A DNA stretch of 45,501 nt from an uncultured Lachnospiraceae bacterium (GCA_905236025.1 CAJOOB010000051.1:1-45501); one strand, 5' to 3'. Numbered from the stretch's first letter, positions 29,479-39,006 are shown. Notes: generated from the letters alone by a model not told the origin. Numbers and translations are program-made.

Positions 29479-30771
29479 ATGCGTAAAGTAAAACTTGAAA
29501 AAGATATTGTTAAGGGTATTTTGAATGACCTTTTAAAGAGAAGTCCGGTTAATTACGGCACTTATACGGAAACTGTAAATGCAATTGTTGATGATATTAA
29601 AAACCGTAAAGACGAAGCTTTATTTGAATATACAAAGAATTTTGATAATGCTGATGTTAATGCTTCTAATATTTTAGTTACGAATGAAGAGATTGAAGAG
29701 GCTTTTTCGCTTGTTGGCAGTGATTTGGTTGAAACTATGGAAAAAGCGGCTGCAAACATCAGAGAATATCATGAAAAACAAAGACAGTACAGCTGGTTTG
29801 ATTACAAGGAAGATGGTTCAATCCTTGGTCAGAAAGTTAGTGCAATTTATTCTGCAGGTGTTTATGTACCGGGCGGTAAAGCTGCTTATCCTTCAAGCGT
29901 TTTGATGAATATTATTCCTGCTAAGGTTGCGGGCGTTAAAGAACTTATCATGTGCACACCTCCTTCTAAGGAAGGTAAGGTTAACCCGGGTACTTTGGTT
30001 GCTGCTAAAATTGCGGGAATTGACAGAGTATATAAAGTTGGCGGTGCTCAGGCAATTGCTGCAATGGCGTTTGGAACAGAATCTGTACCTAAGGTTGATA
30101 AGATTGTTGGACCGGGTAATATTTACGTCGCTCTTGCTAAAAAGGCTGTTTACGGTTATGTAAGCATTGATTCAATTGCGGGTCCAAGTGAAATCCTTGT
30201 TCTTTGTGATGATTGCGCAACACCGAAGTATGTTGCCGCAGACTTACTTTCTCAGGCAGAACATGATGAACTTGCTTCAGCCATTCTTGTTACAACTTCA
30301 GAGCGTGTTGCTGATGAGGTTAACAAAGAAATTGAAGGATTTTTAAAGACTCTTTCAAGAAGTGAAATTATTAAGAAATCGCTTGATAATTACGGATATA
30401 TTCTTGTTGCGGACGATCTCGACATGGCTATCGACGTGGTTAATGAGATTGCACCGGAACACCTTGAAATTGTTACAAAAGATCCGTTTAACACAATGAC
30501 TAAGGTTAGAAATGCGGGTGCAATGTTCCTTGGTGAATTTTCTTCAGAACCTCTCGGAGATTATTTTGCAGGACCGAATCACGTTCTTCCTACAAACGGA
30601 ACGGCTAAGTTCTTTTCACCGCTTTCTGTTGATGACTTTATTAAGAAGAGCAGTATTATTGCATTTTCTAAGGAAGCCTTAGAAAATGCAAGTGAAGACA
30701 TTATTAAGTTTGCCGAAGCTGAAGGTTTAACGGCTCATGCAAATTCCATTAAAGTCAGATTTAACAAGTAA
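29479..30771 (+). CDS. hisD: Histidinol dehydrogenase
   Basis: 430 aa, with IAGPSEILV, LLSQAEHD, APEHLE and GDYFAGPNHVLPT motifs. Confidence 0.95.
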   Translation: MRKVKLEKDIVKGILNDLLKRSPVNYGTYTETVNAIVDDIKNRKDEALFEYTKNFDNADVNASNILVTNEEIEEAFSLVGSDLVETMEKAAANIREYHEKQRQYSWFDYKEDGSILGQKVSAIYSAGVYVPGGKAAYPSSVLMNIIPAKVAGVKELIMCTPPSKEGKVNPGTLVAAKIAGIDRVYKVGGAQAIAAMAFGTESVPKVDKIVGPGNIYVALAKKAVYGYVSIDSIAGPSEILVLCDDCATPKYVAADLLSQAEHDELASAILVTTSERVADEVNKEIEGFLKTLSRSEIIKKSLDNYGYILVADDLDMAIDVVNEIAPEHLEIVTKDPFNTMTKVRNAGAMFLGEFSSEPLGDYFAGPNHVLPTNGTAKFFSPLSVDDFIKKSSIIAFSKEALENASEDIIKFAEAEGLTAHANSIKVRFNK

Positions 30772-30776
30772 TAAAC

Positions 30777-30810
30777 GCGCCGGCTTTTATAAGTCGGCGC
30801 TTTGTTTTTT
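30777..30810 (+). terminator. Rho-independent terminator after hisD
   Basis: 10-bp GC-rich stem GCGCCGGCTT / AAGTCGGCGC (one G-U pair), loop TTAT, then TTTGTTTTTT. Confidence 0.8.
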
Positions 30811-30834
30811 ATTTGAAGGTTTTTGGTAAATATA

Positions 30835-30864
30835 TTGATAAAATGGGGCGTTTTTTGCTATAAT
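30835..30864 (+). promoter_or_regulatory. Sigma-A promoter upstream of hisB
   Basis: TTGATA (30835-30840), an 18-nt spacer ending in TGc (extended -10), and TATAAT (30859-30864). Confidence 0.65.
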
Positions 30865-30904
30865 ATACAGTAATTATGATATCTTAACCACGAAAGGGAT
30901 TATT

Positions 30905-31489
30905 ATGAGATACGCAGAAGTTAAAAGAAAGACCGGGGAAACTGATATTTCAATTTCTTTGGATATTGACGGAACCGGTAAAGCTGATGTTTCAACCGGT
31001 ATTGGATTTTTGGATCACATGCTTATAAGCTTTGCAAAGCACGGCTTGTTTGACCTTTGTGTTAAAGCAACGGGTGATTTGAATGTTGATTCACACCACA
31101 CAATCGAAGATGTGGGGATTGTTCTTGGCGACGCAATTAAGGAAGCGCTTGGAGATAAAAAGGGCATTAAGCGTTTCGGTAATTCTATTTTACCGATGGA
31201 TGATGCGTTGGTTTTATGCGCCATTGACCTTTCCAACAGGCCTTATTATTCGTCTGATTTGACTTTCAGCGGAGAAAAAATGGGTGAATATGATACGTGC
31301 ATGGTTAGAGAATTTTTCTATGCAATTTCATATTCTGCGGGTATGAATTTACACTTTAAACAAATTACAGGTATTAATGATCATCACATCTGCGAGGCTG
31401 CTTATAAGGCTTTTGCCAAAGCTTTGGATATGGCTTCACAATATGACGAGAGAATAAATTCGGTACTTTCAACAAAGGGTACCCTCTAA
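30905..31489 (+). CDS. hisB: Imidazoleglycerol-phosphate dehydratase
   Basis: 194 aa, with GIGFLDHML, DSHHTIEDVGI and NDHHICEAAYKAFAKAL motifs. Confidence 0.95.
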   Translation: MRYAEVKRKTGETDISISLDIDGTGKADVSTGIGFLDHMLISFAKHGLFDLCVKATGDLNVDSHHTIEDVGIVLGDAIKEALGDKKGIKRFGNSILPMDDALVLCAIDLSNRPYYSSDLTFSGEKMGEYDTCMVREFFYAISYSAGMNLHFKQITGINDHHICEAAYKAFAKALDMASQYDERINSVLSTKGTL

Positions 31490-31504
31490 AAGATTGGAGA
31501 CATT

Positions 31505-32824
31505 ATGAGTTTAAATTTAATTCAAAGCTTATCGGTTCATAGAAATCACATTGCAATGTATGATGTTGTCAGCGGTGAAATGGCAAGAGTCACACCAACC
31601 TCAACGGATGGTAAGGAACTCAGTGTTCCTGTATATTGTCAGCATTTGTGCAATAACGGCGTGGACGAACTTTTTATTACGGAAGTTTCTAGTTCGGATG
31701 TTACCCATGACAGAAATATTGATACCGTAAAGGAAATTGTTACTCTTTCGGATCATGAGGTCTATTTTGCGGGTAACATAAAGAGAATTGAGGATATTAA
31801 GAAGTTCTTATACACAGGCGCCAAGCATGCGGTTTTGGATTTGGACGATAAGTCTAATGTTGCTTTACTTAAGGAGGCTGCGGACAGATTTGGAGCCGCT
31901 AAGCTTGCGGCTATTGTTACGAGCAATACATCTGACGAAGCACTTAACGCTGCTTTAAATAACGGCATAAAAACTTTCTTTACGGCTGATGTTTCAACTG
32001 CAAACAAGCTTTGTGAAGAGGATTCGGTTAAGGTTGTTCTTACTAATGTGGATTCAGATGTAAACGCAATTAACGATGCATGCACTAAGTGTAACAAAAA
32101 ACTCTTTGGTGTAGCGTTTAAAGAGGATGCGCATGATGATACGGACTACATGGATTTAAAGGATTCTCTTTCCGATATGGGATACGAGGTTAATGTTTTA
32201 AAGTCTAAAATTAATTTTTCTGAACTTAAGACAAATTCAGACGGACTTATTCCTTGTATTGTCCAGGATTATCAGACGGGCGATGTTTTAATGCTTGCTT
32301 ATATGAATGAGCTTTCTTTTGAACAGACTTTAAAGACAGGAAGAATGACTTATTACAGCAGATCAAGACAGGAAATCTGGGAGAAGGGCTATACAAGCGG
32401 ACATTATCAGTATGTTAAGGAATTAAGCTGCGACTGTGATAACGACACTTTGCTTGCTAAGGTTTACCAGGTTGGTGCTGCTTGTCATACAGGCAAAAGA
32501 AGTTGTTTCTTTAATGAACTTTTCAAACTTGATTACAGTGAGAGAGATCCTCACAAGGTTTTGGAAGAAGTATATAACGTTATTTTGGACAGAAAGAAAA
32601 ATCCGAAGGAAGGCTCATATACCAATTACCTGTTTGACAAGGGTATTGATAAGGTGTTGAAGAAATGCGGAGAAGAAGCTTCAGAAATTATTATCGCCGC
32701 TAAGAATCCAAATCCTGAAGAAACCAAGTATGAGATTTCAGACTTCTTGTATCATGTAATGGTTTTAATGGCTATTAAGGGTATTACCTGGGACGATGTA
32801 ATGACTGAACTTGCAAGGAGATAA
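31505..32824 (+). CDS. hisIE: Bifunctional phosphoribosyl-AMP cyclohydrolase / phosphoribosyl-ATP pyrophosphatase (HisIE) with an N-terminal degenerate HisF/HisA-like domain
   Basis: The HisI part has [21 protein letters not shown] and [10 protein letters not shown]. The HisE part has [10 protein letters not shown] and [12 protein letters not shown]. The first ~235 aa align by eye to the HisF barrel. GGAG lies 7 nt before the ATG. Confidence 0.85.
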   Translation: MSLNLIQSLSVHRNHIAMYDVVSGEMARVTPTSTDGKELSVPVYCQHLCNNGVDELFITEVSSSDVTHDRNIDTVKEIVTLSDHEVYFAGNIKRIEDIKKFLYTGAKHAVLDLDDKSNVALLKEAADRFGAAKLAAIVTSNTSDEALNAALNNGIKTFFTADVSTANKLCEEDSVKVVLTNVDSDVNAINDACTKCNKKLFGVAFKEDAHDDTDYMDLKDSLSDMGYEVNVLKSKINFSELKTNSDGLIPCIVQDYQTGDVLMLAYMNELSFEQTLKTGRMTYYSRSRQEIWEKGYTSGHYQYVKELSCDCDNDTLLAKVYQVGAACHTGKRSCFFNELFKLDYSERDPHKVLEEVYNVILDRKKNPKEGSYTNYLFDKGIDKVLKKCGEEASEIIIAAKNPNPEETKYEISDFLYHVMVLMAIKGITWDDVMTELARR

Positions 32825-32827
32825 AGT

Positions 32828-34276
32828 TTGGACAGGCGTACAGTTAATGAAAGACGAAGAATAGAGGCAAGAAGAAGGATAAGGCGCAGGAAACAGATTT
32901 TTAATTCGGTTCTGTTTTTTGCGGTTACTCTGGTTGCCATACTCTTTTGTATTTATCTTGCCGTTTCGGTTTATTATCAGAATCATTTCTTTAAGGGAAC
33001 AACCTTAAACGGTGTTGATATTTCAAAAATGACTGTCTCAGAGGCGGAGTCTTATTTTGAAGACGAAATCAGATATTATGTTTTAAAGATTGTAGAACGA
33101 GGCAATGTTACGGAACTGATAACTGCCGATGACATTGATTTGGAGGTTGTTTTTGTAAACAATCAGACTATTGCGGATGTTAAGGAAAAACAAAACCCGT
33201 ATCTCTGGCCGTTTGAAAGTGATGAAACATACGAAATCACAATTGAAAGATCATATGATTCGGATAAACTTTTAGAAGAAATCGCAAATCTTGTATGTAA
33301 CAATTATACTGAAGAAGAGATGGAGCCCACAAACGCAACCGTAAGTTATGACGGAGAAAAATTTGTGATTGAAGAGGGAAATCCCGGAATGTATTTGGAT
33401 TCCGATCTTCTTTCAAAATTCATTATACAGTATGTTGATTCGGGATATGAAATCCTGAATTTAAACGATGCAGGTATTTATCTCATTAACAGTGATAAAC
33501 AAAGCAACGATTTAACGGAACTTGAAAATGAATTAAACGGTTATCTTACTTCTGTTATAAATTATACTCTTGATGATACCGTAATAATTCTTGATAAAGA
33601 TACGTTTGCGCAGTGGATAGCCATTGACGAAGATTATTCGGTTACATTTGACAGAGAACTCATCCACGATTGGATTGATGATACGTTCTCATCATATGAA
33701 ACGTATGGAAAAATAAGAACATTTACCACACATTCCGGCTCAAACGTAAGAATTTCCGGCGGTGATTACGGATGGTGGATTGATGACACCTCTGAAATTG
33801 ATATGATTATTGAAAATATTAAAAGCGGAGATGTTGTTACAAGGGATTTAAATTATTATCAAAAAGCGGCATCACACGGGACTTTGGATATTGGGGATAC
33901 TTATGTTGAAATAAGTATATCGGAGCAAAAACTGTATGTGTTTAAAGACGGCTCGTTACAGTTTTCGTGTGATTGTATAACGGGAAAATCCGGATATTCA
34001 ACATTAAAAGGTGTGTACAGATTAAGGGTAAAATTAAGAAACTTCACCTTCAGTCGTACATATTTTACAAAAACCGTAAGCTACTGGATGGTTTATTACG
34101 GAAATACGGTGGACACAAATGTTGGTATCATGGATGCGGCATGGTATTCGGATTCTGATTTTGGCGGTACCACATATGTAAATAACGGTTCGTATGGGTC
34201 AATTTATGTATCAAGTTCGTCTGCGGCATCTATATACAGTCTGATACCCGTTGATACGGCGATTGTAATCTATTAA
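32828..34276 (+). CDS. Membrane-anchored L,D-transpeptidase (YkuD)-like protein, catalytic residues substituted
   Basis: TTG start 7 nt after AAGGAG. Arg-rich N-terminus plus one TM helix. The C-terminal YkuD-like scaffold includes ISISEQKLYVFKDGS, ITGKSG and VSYWMVYYG. IMDAAW replaces IHDxxW, and GSYGSIY replaces GSHGCIN. Confidence 0.75.
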   Translation: MDRRTVNERRRIEARRRIRRRKQIFNSVLFFAVTLVAILFCIYLAVSVYYQNHFFKGTTLNGVDISKMTVSEAESYFEDEIRYYVLKIVERGNVTELITADDIDLEVVFVNNQTIADVKEKQNPYLWPFESDETYEITIERSYDSDKLLEEIANLVCNNYTEEEMEPTNATVSYDGEKFVIEEGNPGMYLDSDLLSKFIIQYVDSGYEILNLNDAGIYLINSDKQSNDLTELENELNGYLTSVINYTLDDTVIILDKDTFAQWIAIDEDYSVTFDRELIHDWIDDTFSSYETYGKIRTFTTHSGSNVRISGGDYGWWIDDTSEIDMIIENIKSGDVVTRDLNYYQKAASHGTLDIGDTYVEISISEQKLYVFKDGSLQFSCDCITGKSGYSTLKGVYRLRVKLRNFTFSRTYFTKTVSYWMVYYGNTVDTNVGIMDAAWYSDSDFGGTTYVNNGSYGSIYVSSSSAASIYSLIPVDTAIVIY

Positions 34277-34293
34277 ATTTTGGAGGTTTAAGT

Positions 34294-35157
34294 ATGGAAC
34301 CGGAAGTTAGCGAAATCGATAAAAAGTATTATGCGATTGTCACAAAGATAAGAGAAAATAGTTTTTTTGATGCACTGACTTTGATTGAAGAAATGCTCAA
34401 TGAACTTGAAGATTATTACGACACGCTTGGCAAAAGAGTTTTTTGCTTCGAGCATATTTTGGATACTTATTATTACACGTATTTCTTTAAGGATGCAGAA
34501 AAACTTGAATACTCCAAGTATAGAATGAGTGAGTATTACCGTGCCTATGGCTACATAAACATCAAACTTGAAAGATTTGATGATGCCATTAAAGCTTACA
34601 ACAGAGCGCTTTATTATAATCCTGTTGATTTAGACAGTTATTTGCAGCTTACTGAACTTTACAAGAAAATCGGAAGTATTACTTCTGTAAAGCAGCTTAA
34701 TGCGGAAGCGTACAGATTCTGCTGCAGCAGACAGTCAATGGCTCATTATTACAGAAATCTTGGTTTTTATTACCTTGAAACAAAGCGCCCGGATGTTGCA
34801 AAGGCATTATATGTTTACAGTAATATTTATTACGAAACCAAGCAGGCGCTTAACGAAATTGATTTTATTGATGCTGCAAAAGAAAGCTTGCCGGACCGGG
34901 CTTTGGTTGACAGGATTGCGAATATAAAGCCTGAAGTCAAAAGCTTACAGGGAATATTAAAATCTGAAAACATTAATTTGGGGCCAAATCCGGATACGAT
35001 TGGCATTACATACAGAGTGGGAAAAATTGAATTTACAAATAAGAATTACGATTCTGCATATGACTGCTTTATGCTTGTATATGATCTTACTCTGGATGAA
35101 AATGTTAAGAAGATTTTGGATGAGTTAAAGGAAATCAAAGAAAAACCTGAAAAATAG
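34294..35157 (+). CDS. TPR-repeat protein
   Basis: TPR-like helical repeats such as AIKAYNRALYYNPVDLDSYLQLTELYKKIG. GGAGG RBS. Confidence 0.6.
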   Translation: MEPEVSEIDKKYYAIVTKIRENSFFDALTLIEEMLNELEDYYDTLGKRVFCFEHILDTYYYTYFFKDAEKLEYSKYRMSEYYRAYGYINIKLERFDDAIKAYNRALYYNPVDLDSYLQLTELYKKIGSITSVKQLNAEAYRFCCSRQSMAHYYRNLGFYYLETKRPDVAKALYVYSNIYYETKQALNEIDFIDAAKESLPDRALVDRIANIKPEVKSLQGILKSENINLGPNPDTIGITYRVGKIEFTNKNYDSAYDCFMLVYDLTLDENVKKILDELKEIKEKPEK

Positions 35158-35177
35158 TCCGGAAACAAAGGTATTTT

Positions 35178-37061
35178 ATGAGAAAACTAGCCCTGAGTGA
35201 TGATATACTTATGCACATTGAGAAACCCTCAAGGTATATCGGAAATGAATTGAATATGATAGTTAAACCTTTAGACTCTGTGGATGTACGTTTTTGTATG
35301 TGCTTCCCGGATGTTTATGAGGTGGGAATGTCTCATCTGGGAATACAGATTCTTTATGATATGTTCAATAAAATGGACGGTGTTTATTGTGAAAGAGTTT
35401 ATTCACCGTGGCATGATTTGGATAAGATTATGCGAGAAAGGGATATTCCTTTATTTTGCATTGAATCGCAAACTCCTGTCAGAGATTGCGATTTTTTGGG
35501 TATAACGCTTCAGTATGAAATGTGTTACACAAATGTGTTGCAAATCCTTGATTTATCTAAGATTCCAATTTATTCAAAAGACAGGAAAGAGGATGACCCT
35601 ATTGTTATTGGTGGTGGTCCTTGTTCATATAACCCTGAACCTATTGCGGAATTTTTTGACATATTTTATATGGGTGAAGGAGAAACAAGATATCAGGAAC
35701 TGCTAGATTGTTACAGAGAATGTAAAAAGAGTGGAAAAAGAAGAGAAGAGTTTTTAAGACTGGCTTCTCATATTTCCGGAATGTATGTTCCTTCATTATA
35801 TGAGTGTAAATACAATGAAGACGGAACATTAAAGTCATTTTATCCTTTATATGATGATGTTCCAAAGAGGGTAAAAAAAGAAGTTGTTAAAGACTTAAAC
35901 AATACGTATTATCCGGATAAGCCGCTTGTACCTTTTACAAGAGCGGTACAGGACCGTGTTGTGTTAGAAATTCAAAGAGGTTGTATAAGAGGGTGCAGAT
36001 TCTGTCAGGCAGGAACAATTTACAGGCCGTTAAGAGAACGCTCTTTGGAATTCTTAAAAGAAAAAGCCAAGAATATGCTTGATTCGACGGGATATGAGGA
36101 AATGACACTCAGTTCTTTGAGTTCAAGCGATTATTCACATTTAAGTGAATTACTTACGTTTTTAATTGATAATTACCATTCAAAGGGTGTAAACGTCTCA
36201 CTTCCTTCTCTCAGAATTGATGCGTTTTCTTTGGATGTAATGAATAAAGTTCAGGATGTCAGAAAATCCTCACTTACTTTTGCGCCTGAGGGCGGTTCAC
36301 AGAGGATAAGAAATGTCATTAACAAAGGTCTTACGGAAGAAGTTATTTTAGATGGCGCAAGACAGGCGTTCCTTGGAGGATGGAATAAGGTAAAGCTTTA
36401 TTTTATGCTTGGTCTTCCTACGGAAACAGATGAGGATATTGAGGGGATTGCAATACTTTCTGATAAAATTGCAAGACTTTATTATGATCTTATTCCAAAG
36501 GAAAAAAGAAACGGAAAGATTCAGATTGTAGCAAGTTCAAGTTTCTTTATTCCAAAACCTTTTACACCGTTACAATGGGCAACAATGCTTCATAAAGAAG
36601 ATTATATTGAAAAAGCGTATAAAGTAAGACATAAGGTAATGGAGATGCTTAATCAAAGAAGCATTAAATATAACTGGCATGAAGCTGATGTTACAATCTT
36701 AGAAGGTGTATTTGCAAGAGGAGACAGAAAAGTCTCAAAAGCAATTGTAAATGCGTATAATATGGGCTGCCTGTATGATGCGTGGTCAGATTATTTTGAT
36801 TATGATAAATGGCTTAAAGCGTTTGAAAAAGCCGGTATTGATATGGACTTTTATACAGTAAGAGAAAGAAGTCTGGATGAACTTTTTCCTTGGGATTTTA
36901 TTGATATCGGGGTTACAAAGGAATTTCTTAAACGTGAATGGAATAATGCCATGAATGAAAAGGTGACCTTAAACTGCGCTGAACGCTGTTCGGGATGCGG
37001 AGCGTCGGATCTTGTATATGACGGAACAATCTGTATTAGAACGAGGGAGGGCGGAAAATAA
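35178..37061 (+). CDS. Radical SAM protein, TIGR03960-like (B12-binding-like N-terminal region)
   Basis: The CxxxCxxC cluster lies within IQRGCIRGCRFCQAG. 627 aa. Followed by a DUF2344-type partner with a 1-nt overlap (TAATG). Confidence 0.8.
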   Translation: MRKLALSDDILMHIEKPSRYIGNELNMIVKPLDSVDVRFCMCFPDVYEVGMSHLGIQILYDMFNKMDGVYCERVYSPWHDLDKIMRERDIPLFCIESQTPVRDCDFLGITLQYEMCYTNVLQILDLSKIPIYSKDRKEDDPIVIGGGPCSYNPEPIAEFFDIFYMGEGETRYQELLDCYRECKKSGKRREEFLRLASHISGMYVPSLYECKYNEDGTLKSFYPLYDDVPKRVKKEVVKDLNNTYYPDKPLVPFTRAVQDRVVLEIQRGCIRGCRFCQAGTIYRPLRERSLEFLKEKAKNMLDSTGYEEMTLSSLSSSDYSHLSELLTFLIDNYHSKGVNVSLPSLRIDAFSLDVMNKVQDVRKSSLTFAPEGGSQRIRNVINKGLTEEVILDGARQAFLGGWNKVKLYFMLGLPTETDEDIEGIAILSDKIARLYYDLIPKEKRNGKIQIVASSSFFIPKPFTPLQWATMLHKEDYIEKAYKVRHKVMEMLNQRSIKYNWHEADVTILEGVFARGDRKVSKAIVNAYNMGCLYDAWSDYFDYDKWLKAFEKAGIDMDFYTVRERSLDELFPWDFIDIGVTKEFLKREWNNAMNEKVTLNCAERCSGCGASDLVYDGTICIRTREGGK

Positions 37062-37762
37062 TGAAAGTACGAATAAAGTATTCAAAAACCGGATACATGA
37101 AGTACATTGCCCATCTTGATATGCTTAGATATTTTCAAAAGGCAATAAGACGTTCAGGCATTGATATTGCATATACTGACGGGTTTTCACCACATCAAAA
37201 GGTTTCGTTTGCTGCTCCTTTAGCGGTGGGGATGCAAAGCCTTGGAGAGTATTTTGATATTGAAGTGAATTCATCTTTGGATGAGGAAACTTCAAGAAAA
37301 CTCCTTGATGATACAATGGTTGAAGGAATAAGTGTGTTAAATTACAAGATTTTACCCGATAATGCAGGTAAATGTATGAGCGTTTGTGAAGCTTCGGATT
37401 ATTTTGTGCCATATATGGCAGGAGAAATAAGTGTTTCTGATATTCAAAATATCGTAGATTCATTTATGTCACAGAACGAAATTGTGGTATACAGAAAAAC
37501 AAAGTGTACAGAAGGCGAAGCAGAGGTAAAAAAATACATTTACGATATGAAGGCAATGGAGTATGAGGATTACGACGGTAATAAATTAAAAGGCGTTTAT
37601 ATGATGCTTGCAACCGGCAGTGTTTATAATCTTAAACCGGAAATACTCGCTGTTAAGATGGGGATTTGTGACGAAGAACAGGCAAAGTGCAATATTGTAA
37701 GACTTGAAACCTACAGACGTGATGATGAAGGCGATTTTGTTCCGCTTGATGTATACGAATAG
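37061..37762 (+). CDS. Radical-SAM-associated protein, DUF2344/TIGR03936-like
   Basis: The start MKVRIKYSKTGYMKYIAHLDMLRYFQKAIRRSGIDIAYTDGFSPHQK is typical of DUF2344. Translationally coupled to the upstream radical SAM gene. Confidence 0.75.
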   Translation: MKVRIKYSKTGYMKYIAHLDMLRYFQKAIRRSGIDIAYTDGFSPHQKVSFAAPLAVGMQSLGEYFDIEVNSSLDEETSRKLLDDTMVEGISVLNYKILPDNAGKCMSVCEASDYFVPYMAGEISVSDIQNIVDSFMSQNEIVVYRKTKCTEGEAEVKKYIYDMKAMEYEDYDGNKLKGVYMMLATGSVYNLKPEILAVKMGICDEEQAKCNIVRLETYRRDDEGDFVPLDVYE

Positions 37763-37779
37763 TTTTAAGAGGAACCCAT

Positions 37780-39006
37780 ATGAGACGTATTATTCTAACA
37801 AAAATCAAAGATAAAAACGGCAAAGATGCTTTATTTGATGCGGTAGTTAATGTGAAAAAAGATTCCGTAAACGATATTGAGAAAATTGCCATAACAGCAA
37901 CCGAAGAGAAGGAAATAGGATCAATTTATGCGGTGAGAGTAAGAGACTGCGTGCCCAATATTAATGCATGCTTTGTTGAATATTTGCCGGGTAAAAACGC
38001 CTTTTTACCAATGCCAAAGGATTTTACACCTGTATTTTTAAACCCAAAGCAAAATGATAAGATTTGCTGCGGCGATATTATATTGGTTCAGAAAATGAAG
38101 GCAAAGGTTAAATCAAAAGAAGCGTTTGTTTCAACGCGTATTGGTTCAATAGGACCTGCAATATTTATGCAACGCGGAAAATTTAACGTTAATTTTATGG
38201 GTGTACTAAAAGAAAAAAAGATGTATAAGAAGTTTCGCTGTGATATTAGTCAAAGACTTAAACAGTTTGAAAATTCAGGTTACGCATTTGTTATACGCCA
38301 TTCTGCCCTAAACATGACACCGGAAGAAATTGTTGCAGAAGCTAAAAAAGATATCAAAGAAACAGAGGCTCTTATTGATGAAGCAAAGAAAAGGTATGCA
38401 AGAGGTGAGATGAAAATTCCGTCTTGTATTTCGGAAGGACAATATTTATACAAGGTTTGGTCAAGTCAGTACAAAGATTCGTTAGAATGCGTGATAACGG
38501 ATTCTCCTGAACTTGAAAATGAAGCAAGGGAATTGTTTTCTAAATTTAATATGAATGTTGATGTCAGATTATATAATGATAAAAGATATTCTTTGACTAA
38601 CCTTTACGGACTTGATAAATGCATTGAAACGGCTCTTTCAAGAAAAGTATATTTAAAATCCGGCGGATATCTTGTTTTTGATTATACCGAGGCAATGACC
38701 GTAATTGATGTAAACTCCGGCAAGCAGATTGGCGGAAGAGACAAAGAAAGAGTTGTGTTTGAACTTAATAAAGAAGCGGCCTTAGAAATAATAAAACAGG
38801 TTTATTTCAGAAATTTAAGTGGTATTATAATTGTTGACTTTATTGGTATGGAAGATCCAAAGCATAAAGAAGAGCTGATAAGCTTCATAAAAGAAAAAAC
38901 AGAATCGGCTCCGCTTTTACTTAAGTGTCATGACTTTACAAAACTTGGTCTCATGGAGATTACAAGGCAGAAAATAGGAAGACCTATTTATGAAATATTA
39001 AGTTGA
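37780..39006 (+). CDS. rng: Rne/Rng-family ribonuclease (RNase G-like)
   Basis: S1-like region (GSIYAVRVRDCVPNINACFVEY), catalytic-region VIDVNSGK and IIIVDFIGM. 408 aa. Confidence 0.85.
   Translation: MRRIILTKIKDKNGKDALFDAVVNVKKDSVNDIEKIAITATEEKEIGSIYAVRVRDCVPNINACFVEYLPGKNAFLPMPKDFTPVFLNPKQNDKICCGDIILVQKMKAKVKSKEAFVSTRIGSIGPAIFMQRGKFNVNFMGVLKEKKMYKKFRCDISQRLKQFENSGYAFVIRHSALNMTPEEIVAEAKKDIKETEALIDEAKKRYARGEMKIPSCISEGQYLYKVWSSQYKDSLECVITDSPELENEARELFSKFNMNVDVRLYNDKRYSLTNLYGLDKCIETALSRKVYLKSGGYLVFDYTEAMTVIDVNSGKQIGGRDKERVVFELNKEAALEIIKQVYFRNLSGIIIVDFIGMEDPKHKEELISFIKEKTESAPLLLKCHDFTKLGLMEITRQKIGRPIYEILS

Noticed and set aside
29684-30163. Same-strand out-of-frame ORFs inside hisD (29684-29905, 29927-30163), with similar cases inside GH1 (8998-9210), mutS (9769-9957), the FtsA-like gene (21114-21392), the radical SAM gene (35284-35706) and the hisZ/hisG junction (28658-28912).
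   Set aside because: They are short, sit in alternative frames of strongly supported genes, and have Arg/Leu/Lys-rich nonsense composition. Nothing suggests programmed frameshifting, such as a slippery site combined with a truncated main frame.
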